From contig JAZDCY010000015.1 in NCBI GenBank assembly GCA_036679645.1, positions 32,001 through 96,000 of the forward strand: 64,000 nucleotides of DNA, read 5' to 3'. Below, piece after piece: positions 50,311 to 58,458 of the stretch; within the stretch, counting starts at the first letter, position 1, and each line of letters begins with the position of its first letter. The notes under the pieces were generated by a model. It saw nothing but the letters and a program-made list of their open reading frames with translations. It made no database searches and had not been told where the DNA came from. The translations under genes were made by a program, and so were the position numbers. The DNA comes from Gemmatimonadota bacterium. Lineage in GTDB: Bacteria; Gemmatimonadota; Gemmatimonadetes; Gemmatimonadales; GWC2-71-9.

Positions 50311-50439
50311 TGGCAGATTCAAGATCGGTGATTGGGGATGGGCCTTGAGACGCGAAAGCTCATGCCGTCAACGACTTAGCTGCCGAACAGCCCATTCAGT
50401 AGTCTTGATTGTCCATATTGATCGGGCTATTATAGCCTT

Positions 50440-50733
50440 ATGAAATCCGAGTCAATTTCGAGCGCCAAGAACCGGCTGAGCGCGCTCATCAAACAGGTCC
50501 AAAACGGCGAGCCGGTGGTCATCACCGATCGCGGGGTCCCGGTGGCCGAGCTCGTACCGGTACGGCTCGGGACCGGGGTCCCCGCTCGGATCCTCGGCCT
50601 CGCGCAGGAAGGGCTGGTCAGGCTACCCGAAGTCTCGCCCGATACCGAGTGGCTCGACCTCCCGCGACCGTGCCTGACCCCCGGTCCCAGCGCGGTGGAC
50701 CTGCTGCTCGAGGACCGGAGCGATGGGCGATGA
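50440..50733 (+). CDS. TA4 antitoxin, Phd/YefM family
   Basis: SISSAKNRLSALIKQVQNGEPVVITDRGVPVAELVPV; upstream palindrome GGCTA-TTA-TAGCC. Confidence 0.9.
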   Translation: MKSESISSAKNRLSALIKQVQNGEPVVITDRGVPVAELVPVRLGTGVPARILGLAQEGLVRLPEVSPDTEWLDLPRPCLTPGPSAVDLLLEDRSDGR

Positions 50734-51155
50734 GGTTCTGGGACACGTCGGCGATACTGCCCCTCTTAGTGGACGAACCGCAGACGAAGGCCATGGTTGA
50801 GCTGATGGGGGACGATCCCGCGGCAGCCGTGTGGTGGCTGACGTCCGTGGAGTGCTGGTCGGCACTGGCGCGTCTGGAACGGGAGGGGCGACTCACGGAG
50901 GCCGGTGTCACCGCGGCGGCGGCGCTGCTGCGGGAGGCGGCGCGGCGATGGACGGAGATCCCTCCCATCGAACGCGTCCGCGACCAGGCCTCCCGCCTGC
51001 TGCGGCTCCACCCGCTCCGGACCGGCGACGCTCTACAACTGGCGGCGGCGGTGGTGTTGGCGGACTTTGAACCCCGCACGTTGCCATTGGTCACCCTCGA
51101 CCTCCGGTTGGCTGCGGCTGCCCGGCGCGAGGGATTCGAGGTGTTGGGGGGCTGA
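50730..51155 (+). CDS. vapC: TA4 toxin, PIN domain (VapC)
   Basis: ATGA overlap; RFWDTSAILPL, TSVEC, LRTGDALQLAAA, LVTLDLRL. Confidence 0.9.
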   Translation: MRFWDTSAILPLLVDEPQTKAMVELMGDDPAAAVWWLTSVECWSALARLEREGRLTEAGVTAAAALLREAARRWTEIPPIERVRDQASRLLRLHPLRTGDALQLAAAVVLADFEPRTLPLVTLDLRLAAAARREGFEVLGG

Positions 51156-51189
51156 TGGATACACATGCGCGCATTCGATACGGCAGGTC

Positions 51190-51288
51190 GATTTGCGATG
51201 GACGATTGGCGATCTGTGATTTGCGATTGCCGCCAATCGCCGATCGCCGATTGGTAATCGCCAATCGTTCTTGCACTCGAGAGCTGAC
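51190..51288 (+). repeat. Kinase leader class B
   Basis: 5' half matches 20389 and 3' half matches 44843. Confidence 0.8.
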
Positions 51289-53943
51289 ATGAGCGGAATC
51301 ACCGAGCGCCTGACCAACGCCATCGCCGATCGCTACAAGATCGAGTCTCACCTCGGCCAGGGCGGCATGGCGACCGTCTATCTTGCGCATGATCTCAAGC
51401 ACGACCGCAAGGTCGCGCTGAAAGTCTTGCGTCCGGAGTTGGCGGCGGTCATTGGCGCCGAGCGTTTCCTGCAGGAGATCAAGGTCACCGCCAACCTGCA
51501 GCACCCGCACATCCTGCCGCTGCATGACTCGGGCGAGGCCGATTCGTTCCTCTATTACGTCATGCCGTACATCGAGGGCGAATCGCTGCGCGACAAGATC
51601 GACAAGGAGAAGCAGCTCGGTATTGACGATGCGGTTGATGTTGCACGTTCCGTTGCATCGGCGCTCGACTACGCGCACCGCCAGGGCGTGATCCATCGCG
51701 ACATCAAGCCAGAGAACATCCTCATCCACGACGGGCAGGCGCTGGTCGCGGATTTTGGCATTGCGCTCGCCATCAGTGAGGCCAGCGGGAATCGCCTGAC
51801 GGAGACGGGACTCAGTATTGGCACGCCGCACTACATGAGTCCCGAGCAGGCAATGGGCGATCGCGAGCTGGACGCACGCTCCGACGTCTACAGCCTGGGT
51901 GCCATGACGTACGAGATGCTGACCGGCGACCCGCCGTATCAGGGCAGCACGGCGCAGGCGATCGTGGCCAAGGTCATTACGGAGAAGGCGCCGCCGGTGA
52001 CCGCAACACGGGACACGACGCCGCCGCACGTCGCGGCGGCCGTGCACAAGGCGTTGAGCAAGCTGCCGGCGGATCGTTTCCCGAGCGCTGCCGAGTTTGC
52101 CGACGCGCTCACTCGGCCAGGTGCGATCCCACTCACGGTCGCGGCCGAGGCGGGGGAGGCTGCACCTGCGGGGCGGACCATCCCTGTTGCCCCCGCAATC
52201 GCCGGCGTCGCGCTGATTGCCGCAATCGCCGCGTTCTTCGGGCGCACGACGGCGCCGGAGCCCGCGCCGCGCCTCACGCAGTTCCTCGTGCCCGCTCCGG
52301 ACAGCGTTGCTTCATTCGGCCGGTGTTGCGCCCCGGCGATGGCGCTCTCGCCGGACGGCAACGTCCTCGTGTTCGTGGGGTTCATGGGCGGTGATCGGGG
52401 CCCGCTCTTCCGGCGTGAGGCCGGACGGTTGGACGCGGAGCCCATTCCCGGAACAGAAGGCGCAACCGGGCCCTTCTTCTCACCCGATGGTCGTTGGGTT
52501 GGATTCCGCGTTGATAATCGACTGCGCAAGGTGTCGATGGCGGGCGGGCCGCCGGTGACGATCGCGGATATCGGCGGGCGCACGCGGGGAGGGGGGAGTT
52601 GGGGCGACAACGATCTCATCGTCTACTCCTCCGATGCGGATCGCGACCTCTACGTGGTTCCCGGCTCTGGCGGCGAGCCACGGAAGCTCACGACATCAGG
52701 TGAGGACCAGCACACCAATCCCGACATGCTCCCGGGTGGCGAGGGGGCGTTGTTCAGCGTGCGGCCGGGAGGAAGTCTCGAGAACATGTTCATTGCGGTG
52801 GTCGACATCGCGTCCGGTCGCATCGACTCGATCGGCGTGGTCGGCACGGCAGCGGCGTTCGCCCGGCCGGGGCACCTGGTCTACACGGGTGCCGACGGGT
52901 CGCTGCTGGCCCAGCCGTTCGATCCCGGCGCACGGCGCACAACCGGTCAGGCCGTGGCGATTCTCGATGGGGTACTAGTACGGGGAGACGGGAACGGGGA
53001 GTACGGTGTCTCTGCCGAGGGGAGCTTGGTGTACTACCCGGGCGCCGGCGGTGGAGGTGAAGAGGACCTCGTACTGATCTCCGGCGGTACGCAGGAAACA
53101 GTGCCGTTACCACAGGGCGGCAACTTTGAGGACGTCGCCATTTCTCCCGATGGGAGGCGCATTGCGATACGGCTCGCAGATGTCAACGATGCCTCGGACC
53201 TTTGGGTCTTCGACCGCAATCAGGGCACGCTCCTACGACTGACAGTGGAAGGCGAAAACACTGCGCCCCGCTGGACGCCCGACGGCACCAGCATTGCGTT
53301 TCGGAGCACGCGTGGCGGCATGGATGGGATCTTTTGGAAACGCGCCGATGCCAGCGGCAACGCCGAACTGCTGTACGACGGGGAAGGAAATGCCTTCCCT
53401 ATGTCGTGGCTCCCCGAAGGCGATGCTCTCATCTTCATCGAGAACCGTGGTGAGGGGAGCTTGCTAGACATTGGGCTGCTCACGCTGCGCGATACGACGG
53501 TACGGTGGCTGGTCGAGAGCCCGTTTTGGGATCGCCAGCCACAAGTAACTCCCGACGGTCGGTGGTTTGCCTACACGTCGGATCGGTCCGGCGATGCCGA
53601 AGTCTACATCCAGGCGCTTTCGGGTGAGGGCGGGCTGTTCCAGGTGTCGATAGAGGGCGGATCGTCCCCGCGCTGGAGCCCGGACGGTCGCACGCTCTAC
53701 TACAGCACCGGCCCACAGATCACGGCCGCGTCTTTGACCCTGGACCCGGAGATCTCGGTGACGTCACGCTCGGTCGTCGCGGAGGGGTTTTTCGATTTCA
53801 ACTTCACCTTGACGAACTACGACATCCATCCCGTAACCGAAGAGCTTCTGATGATCCTGCAGGGCAGCGAAGAGCAGCAGACGAGCCTGGTGTGGATTCA
53901 GGGGTGGCGGGAGATCATCAGGGACATGGAGACGGGGAGATGA
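51289..53943 (+). CDS. K13: Ser/Thr kinase - TM - TolB/PD40 beta-propeller receptor
   Basis: Kinase domain almost identical in protein to K12; TM IAGVALIAAIAAFFG; divergent propeller. Confidence 0.93.
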   Translation: MSGITERLTNAIADRYKIESHLGQGGMATVYLAHDLKHDRKVALKVLRPELAAVIGAERFLQEIKVTANLQHPHILPLHDSGEADSFLYYVMPYIEGESLRDKIDKEKQLGIDDAVDVARSVASALDYAHRQGVIHRDIKPENILIHDGQALVADFGIALAISEASGNRLTETGLSIGTPHYMSPEQAMGDRELDARSDVYSLGAMTYEMLTGDPPYQGSTAQAIVAKVITEKAPPVTATRDTTPPHVAAAVHKALSKLPADRFPSAAEFADALTRPGAIPLTVAAEAGEAAPAGRTIPVAPAIAGVALIAAIAAFFGRTTAPEPAPRLTQFLVPAPDSVASFGRCCAPAMALSPDGNVLVFVGFMGGDRGPLFRREAGRLDAEPIPGTEGATGPFFSPDGRWVGFRVDNRLRKVSMAGGPPVTIADIGGRTRGGGSWGDNDLIVYSSDADRDLYVVPGSGGEPRKLTTSGEDQHTNPDMLPGGEGALFSVRPGGSLENMFIAVVDIASGRIDSIGVVGTAAAFARPGHLVYTGADGSLLAQPFDPGARRTTGQAVAILDGVLVRGDGNGEYGVSAEGSLVYYPGAGGGGEEDLVLISGGTQETVPLPQGGNFEDVAISPDGRRIAIRLADVNDASDLWVFDRNQGTLLRLTVEGENTAPRWTPDGTSIAFRSTRGGMDGIFWKRADASGNAELLYDGEGNAFPMSWLPEGDALIFIENRGEGSLLDIGLLTLRDTTVRWLVESPFWDRQPQVTPDGRWFAYTSDRSGDAEVYIQALSGEGGLFQVSIEGGSSPRWSPDGRTLYYSTGPQITAASLTLDPEISVTSRSVVAEGFFDFNFTLTNYDIHPVTEELLMILQGSEEQQTSLVWIQGWREIIRDMETGR

Positions 53944-53952
53944 GATGAGCGG

Positions 53953-54066
53953 CTGCCGCGGATGATTGATACGAGCGCGGATCGGATCGAGATACAATTG
54001 GGCTGGCACGACAAGGAGCAATCCGCGTTCTCAAGAGTCAATCCGCGGCAGAGTCAATCCGCGTCA
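53953..54066. repeat. Inverted-repeat element closing the kinase array
   Basis: CTGCCGCGGAT (53953) pairs with ATCCGCGGCAG (54041); CAATCCGCG occurs three times. Confidence 0.6.
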
Positions 54067-54114
54067 GTACCACGATCCTAGCGCAAGATAACACATAGTA
54101 GTACATTGTAACAC

Positions 54115-54396
54115 ATGAAGGATTCCCACGTCACCTTGCGTCTTCCCGGTGCCTTGGCCCGGACGCTGGCTCGGTGGGCCAAGCAGCGCGGGATGGCCAA
54201 ATCGCAGGTGGTACGAGAGGCCGTCGCCGCGTACCTGCGCACGGGGCCCACCGCCGTCTCGCGCACGGTCACCGCCGCCGATCTCGCCGAGCAGTGGCGG
54301 GGCCTACCGCGTCTCACGCCGGAGGAGGCCACGGCGTTCCGCAACGATCTTGCCGAGGCGCGTGATGCCTTACCTCCCCCCGACCAGTGGGAGTGA
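54115..54396 (+). CDS. TA5 antitoxin, ribbon-helix-helix (CopG) type
   Basis: HVTLRLPGALARTLARWAKQRGMAKSQVVREAVAAYL. Confidence 0.85.
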   Translation: MKDSHVTLRLPGALARTLARWAKQRGMAKSQVVREAVAAYLRTGPTAVSRTVTAADLAEQWRGLPRLTPEEATAFRNDLAEARDALPPPDQWE

Positions 54397-54818
54397 TCGT
54401 CGACACCTCGCTGCTCATCGCGGCGGAGCGGGGCACCGTACGCTTCGAGGACTTCCTGCGTTCCCTCGGGACGGAGACGATCGGCATGGCCGCGATTACC
54501 GCCTCGGAACTGCTGCACGGATGCCATCGCGCAACAGATTCCGGTGTCCGGGCGCGACGCTCGGCGTTCGTGGACGCACTGCTCGAGACGATTCCTGTTC
54601 TACCGTTCGGATTGGCGGAGGCGCGCCGGCACGCGCACCTTTGGGCTGACCTGGCACGTGATGGCAGGGCGATCGGACCGCATGACATGCTGATCGGTGC
54701 CACGGCCCTGGCGCGCGGAGATGCGGTTGGCACGCTCAACCGGCGCGAGTTTTCCCGGATTGCCGGCTTGCGCCTGGCTCCGGTGGAGCGCTTCGATGTA
54801 GGGAAAGGAGCTTCATGA
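54387..54818 (+). CDS. vapC: TA5 toxin, PIN domain (VapC)
   Basis: MGVIVDTSLLIAAERG, ITASELLHG, IGPHDMLIGATALA, TLNRREF. Confidence 0.92.
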   Translation: MGVIVDTSLLIAAERGTVRFEDFLRSLGTETIGMAAITASELLHGCHRATDSGVRARRSAFVDALLETIPVLPFGLAEARRHAHLWADLARDGRAIGPHDMLIGATALARGDAVGTLNRREFSRIAGLRLAPVERFDVGKGAS

Positions 54819-56839
54819 GACTCATCACTCCGGCGTATCGGCATCATCGTTGGCTCGCAGCAACTCTCACACTGGGTTTGTTTGCCGCGCCGCTCAGCGC
54901 TCAGGATCCGGGTGGTCTCTTTTCCGCGGAGCAGGCGGCGCGCGGGGAGGGCATCTATCGGGCGGAGTGCAGCGTGTGTCACGGTGGAGACTTGGCCGGG
55001 GCCGCGGCGCCGGCGTTGACGGGCGATTTGTTCCAGCGCGCGTGGGCGCGGCCCAATCGTACGCTCGACGATCTCTTCTACATTGTGCGGACGACGATGC
55101 CGCCCGGACAGACGGAACGACTCACGGATCAGCAGCACATCGATGTGTTGGCGTACGTGCTCCAGCAGAACGGCGTGCCGACAGGGGGCCCGGAACTCCC
55201 GACCACATCCGAGGTTCTTTCGGCGGTGCGCCTTGCGGATCACCTGGGAATGACGACCCGCACCGTGACACGGGCACCGGCATTCCTGGAAGGACCCAAC
55301 GGACTCGTGCCGACGGCCGACGGGCCATCGCAGCAGGACCTGAATGCGGCGGGAGACAATACGCGAGACTGGCTCTATCAGACACACGACTACACCGGGC
55401 GCCGCTTCGTCTCGCTCACGCAGATCAATCGCGACAACGTCGGCGAGCTGAAGCTGGTGTGCGCGTATCAGATGGGTGACATCGCCAACTTCCAGACGAA
55501 CCCCATTATCGATCGCGGCGTGATGTACCTGACCACGCCTCATGTCACGGTCGCGCTCGACGCGACGACCTGCCGTCCGAAATGGCGACACCAGTGGGAG
55601 GCACAGGATCGGGATGTCTGGTTGAACAACCGCGGCGTCGCCGTCAAGGACGGTCGCGTGGTGCGTGCCACGTCAGACGGGTACCTCTTCGCGCTCGATG
55701 CGGCGACCAGTGGGTTGCTCTGGGCGCGGCACGTGGCTTCCGCGGATCTCGGCGAGACCTTCACGATGGCCCCGCTGATCTATGAGGACCTGATCGTCAT
55801 TGGCCCGGCCGGTAGTGAGAACGCGGTGCGGGGGTGGGTCGGCGCGTTCCGACTGCATGACGGCATGCCGGTCTGGCGCTTCAACACAGTGCCCGCTCCC
55901 GGCGAGCCGGGCTCGGAGACCTGGGACTACCCTCCCGACATTCCGGTCGGAGGCGGTGCCGTATGGACGCCGTTCACGCTCGATCGCGACCGCGGGCTGG
56001 TCCACGTGGCGGTCACGAACCCCGCACCGGACTTCCCGGCCGCATTGCGTGGCGGTGACAACCTCTACACCAACGCCATGGTCGCGCTCGACGTGCGCAC
56101 CGGCCGACTCGCGTGGTACGACCAGCTCGTTCCCGCCGACGACCACGATTGGGATCTCACCCATGTGGGCCCGCTCTATCGTGCGGAAGTCAATGGCGTC
56201 GCGCGCGACCTGATGGCCACTGTGGGCAAGGACGGTATTCTGCGCGTGCTCGATCGCGAGACCCACGAGCGGCTGTTCGAGACACCGGTCACGACCATCG
56301 ACAACGCCGAAGCGCCGGTGACCACCGCGGGCACGCACGCTTGCCCGGGCATTCTCGGTGGTGTGGAGTGGAATGGTCCCGCCTACAATCCCGAGACAAA
56401 CATGCTCTACACACCAGCCGTGGACTGGTGCGGTACGTTCACGCTCGCGGACACCGTGCGGTACATCGAAGGCGAGAACTACCTAGGCGGCGAGTTTCAG
56501 TTCGACGATGCTTCACAGGGATGGGTCACAGCGGTCGATGCGTCGGACGGGTCGGTGCGCTGGCGATATCGCTCCGATCGGCCGATGGTAGCAGCGGTCA
56601 CGACGACAGCCGGCGGGCTCGTCATGACCGGAGAGCTCAACGGTGACTTCCTGGTGCTCGACGCGGCCACGGGCGACGAGCTGTATCGCTTCTACACGGG
56701 CGGACCGATCGGCGGCGGGATTGCAACCTACGCGATCGGCGGCAAGCAGTACGTCGCGGTGATGTCGGGAATACCGTCGTCGTTCTGGGTGGACGAACAC
56801 GCGGGCGCGCCAACGGCGTTCGTGTTTGCGCTTCCCTGA
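54815..56839 (+). CDS. Periplasmic cytochrome c + PQQ-binding beta-propeller dehydrogenase
   Basis: Signal peptide; CSVCH heme motif and RTTMP; NRGVA, GGGAVW, DNLYTNAMVALD, DDHDWD, CPGILGGVEWNG, GKQYVAV. Confidence 0.88.
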   Translation: MRLITPAYRHHRWLAATLTLGLFAAPLSAQDPGGLFSAEQAARGEGIYRAECSVCHGGDLAGAAAPALTGDLFQRAWARPNRTLDDLFYIVRTTMPPGQTERLTDQQHIDVLAYVLQQNGVPTGGPELPTTSEVLSAVRLADHLGMTTRTVTRAPAFLEGPNGLVPTADGPSQQDLNAAGDNTRDWLYQTHDYTGRRFVSLTQINRDNVGELKLVCAYQMGDIANFQTNPIIDRGVMYLTTPHVTVALDATTCRPKWRHQWEAQDRDVWLNNRGVAVKDGRVVRATSDGYLFALDAATSGLLWARHVASADLGETFTMAPLIYEDLIVIGPAGSENAVRGWVGAFRLHDGMPVWRFNTVPAPGEPGSETWDYPPDIPVGGGAVWTPFTLDRDRGLVHVAVTNPAPDFPAALRGGDNLYTNAMVALDVRTGRLAWYDQLVPADDHDWDLTHVGPLYRAEVNGVARDLMATVGKDGILRVLDRETHERLFETPVTTIDNAEAPVTTAGTHACPGILGGVEWNGPAYNPETNMLYTPAVDWCGTFTLADTVRYIEGENYLGGEFQFDDASQGWVTAVDASDGSVRWRYRSDRPMVAAVTTTAGGLVMTGELNGDFLVLDAATGDELYRFYTGGPIGGGIATYAIGGKQYVAVMSGIPSSFWVDEHAGAPTAFVFALP

Positions 56840-56857
56840 GAAGAAGCCTCGCGTCCG

Positions 56858-57361
56858 TCAGCCACGGTAGTTACCGAAGTTCAGCTCAACGCCGTATTCC
56901 TGTGTCTTGAGAAACTCGATGACCTCCTGGAGCGTATCGCGCGACGGGCTCGTCACCCGCACCTCGTCGCCCTGAATTGCCGCCTGCGTCTTCTTGAGTC
57001 CTTGTGCCTTGATGTCCTTCACGATTGCCCGGGCCGTATCCGTCGGCAGCCCTTGTGTCAGGGTCACGTGTCGACGCACTCGGCCGCCCGACGCGGGCTC
57101 GTCCTCGCCGGCCGTCACGTTCTGGAGCGGCACCTTGCGCCGGATCATCTTGTTCTGGATCACGTCCCACAGGGCGTTCATGCGGAACTCGTCGTCGGCC
57201 TCGAGAGTGATCACCGCCTTGACCCGGTCGAACTCGACAATGCACTTGCTGCCCTTGAAGTCGTAGCGCTGCCGCACCTCCTGGCGCGCCTGGTTGAGCG
57301 CGTTATCGACCTCCTGGAGATCGGCGCCTGTGGACACGTCGAACGACTGCTGCCCGGCCAT
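56858..57361 (-). CDS. yajQ: YajQ family cyclic di-GMP/nucleotide-binding protein
   Basis: SFDVSTGADLQEVDNALNQA, QRYDFKGSK, QAAIQGDEVRVT, RDTLQEVI, FGNYR. Confidence 0.93.
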   Translation of the reverse strand: MAGQQSFDVSTGADLQEVDNALNQARQEVRQRYDFKGSKCIVEFDRVKAVITLEADDEFRMNALWDVIQNKMIRRKVPLQNVTAGEDEPASGGRVRRHVTLTQGLPTDTARAIVKDIKAQGLKKTQAAIQGDEVRVTSPSRDTLQEVIEFLKTQEYGVELNFGNYRG

Positions 57362-57427
57362 GCGGTATCCTCCATTACGTGGAATAGGTGGATGCGCCAA
57401 GGTGCAACATAGTGATCCTCTCTATGC

Positions 57428-57462
57428 TTGCATCTGTATTACAAAAGACTACATTGTAACAC
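57428..57462 (+). promoter_or_regulatory. TA6 promoter/operator (probably leaderless)
   Basis: TTGCAT-N16-TACATT, 7 nt before the ATG; TACATTGTAACACATG is shared with TA5. Confidence 0.55.
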
Positions 57463-57744
57463 ATGAAGACATCTCACGTTACCTTGCGTCTCCCCCGTGA
57501 GCTGGCGCGGGCGCTGACGCGCTGGGCCCGGGAGCGCGGCGTGGCCAAGTCGCACGTCGTGCGCGAGGCCGTGACCGCCTATTTGAACGCCGGGCCGGCT
57601 GCGACTCCGCGCCAGCTAACCGCCGCCGCACTGACTGAGCGATGGCCCGAGCTTCCGCGTCTCACGCCGAAGGAGGCCGATGCGTTGGCCGACGATGTTG
57701 CCGCCGCCCGTGACGCCTTGCCGGCTCCCGGCTCATGGGAATAG
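57463..57744 (+). CDS. TA6 antitoxin, RHH type (paralogue of TA5)
   Basis: MKTSHVTLRLPRELARALTRWARERGVAKSHVVREAV. Confidence 0.85.
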   Translation: MKTSHVTLRLPRELARALTRWARERGVAKSHVVREAVTAYLNAGPAATPRQLTAAALTERWPELPRLTPKEADALADDVAAARDALPAPGSWE

Positions 57745-58157
57745 TCGTTGACACCTCGCTGCTGGTCGCCGCCGAGCGGGGAACGGTGCGTTTCGAGGAC
57801 TTCCTGCGTTCACTTGGGGCGGAGACGATCGGTATGGCCGCAATCACCGCCTCAGAACTGCTCCATGGATGCCACCGCGCGACCGATCCCGGTATCCGGG
57901 CGCGGCGCTCGGCGTTTGTGGACGCGCTGCTCGAGACGATCCCTGTATTGGCGTTCGGGATGGCGGAGGCGCGCCGGCACGCTCAACTCTGGGCTGACCT
58001 GGCGCGGGAGGGGATGGTAATTGGACCGCACGACATGCTGATCGGTGCGACGGCCCTGGCGCGGGGAGACGCGGTTGGCACGCTCAACCGGCGTGAGTTC
58101 GCCCGGATTGCCGGCTTGCGTCTGGCTCCGGTGGAGCGGTTCCGCTCAGGGAGCTGA
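57735..58157 (+). CDS. vapC: TA6 toxin, PIN domain (close paralogue of TA5 toxin)
   Basis: MGIVVDTSLLVAAERGTVRFEDFLRSLG..., near-identical to 54387-54818. Confidence 0.92.
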   Translation: MGIVVDTSLLVAAERGTVRFEDFLRSLGAETIGMAAITASELLHGCHRATDPGIRARRSAFVDALLETIPVLAFGMAEARRHAQLWADLAREGMVIGPHDMLIGATALARGDAVGTLNRREFARIAGLRLAPVERFRSGS

Positions 58158-58408
58158 ACGCGTAATTACTCTCCCCCCCTTCATTACGAACCGAACTCTT
58201 CGCAGCGCGGAGATATCCATCGTCGGATCACCCTCGACCGCAATCAGGTCTGCCAGAAACCCCTCCACGACTCGACCGCGGTCGTCGAGCCCGAAGATCA
58301 TTGCGTTGCCCGACGTCGCCGCCACGACAGCACCCGCGGCCGACATGCCGTACTCCACCATCAACTCCAGCTCCCCCTCGATCGTGACACCCGCCTCTTG
58401 CGCATTCC
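58146..58408 (-). pseudogene. C-terminal fragment of an amidohydrolase (Xaa-Pro dipeptidase-like)
   Basis: QEAGVTI|EGELELMVEYGMS...AATSGNA...GRVVEGFLADLIAVEGDPTMDISALRRVRFVMKGG; truncated at the poly-G run. Confidence 0.75.
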
Positions 58409-58423
58409 GGGGGGGGGGGGGGG
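58409..58423. other. G15 homopolymer at a gene-truncation junction
   Basis: 15 consecutive G. Confidence 0.9.
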
Positions 58424-58458
58424 CAGATTATTGCGTATCCTAGGTCGAATGTGCAGCG

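Noticed and set aside
14908..52047. Recurrent antisense ORFs beginning MQQDVLGLDV opposite each kinase
   Set aside because: Shadow frames of the conserved HRDIKPEN region in GC-rich codon usage.
14881..53943. Diversity-generating retroelement or shufflon driving sensor variation
   Set aside because: No reverse transcriptase, no template/variable repeat pair with adenine-specific differences seen, no invertase, and all genes are on one strand.
14775..54066. CRISPR array suggested by recurring palindromic repeats
   Set aside because: Repeats are separated by whole genes rather than 30-40 nt spacers, and no cas genes are present.
14881..58157. Classical integron
   Set aside because: No intI in the window, and I could not identify canonical RYYYAAC...GTTRRRY attC ends; only the analogy is retained.
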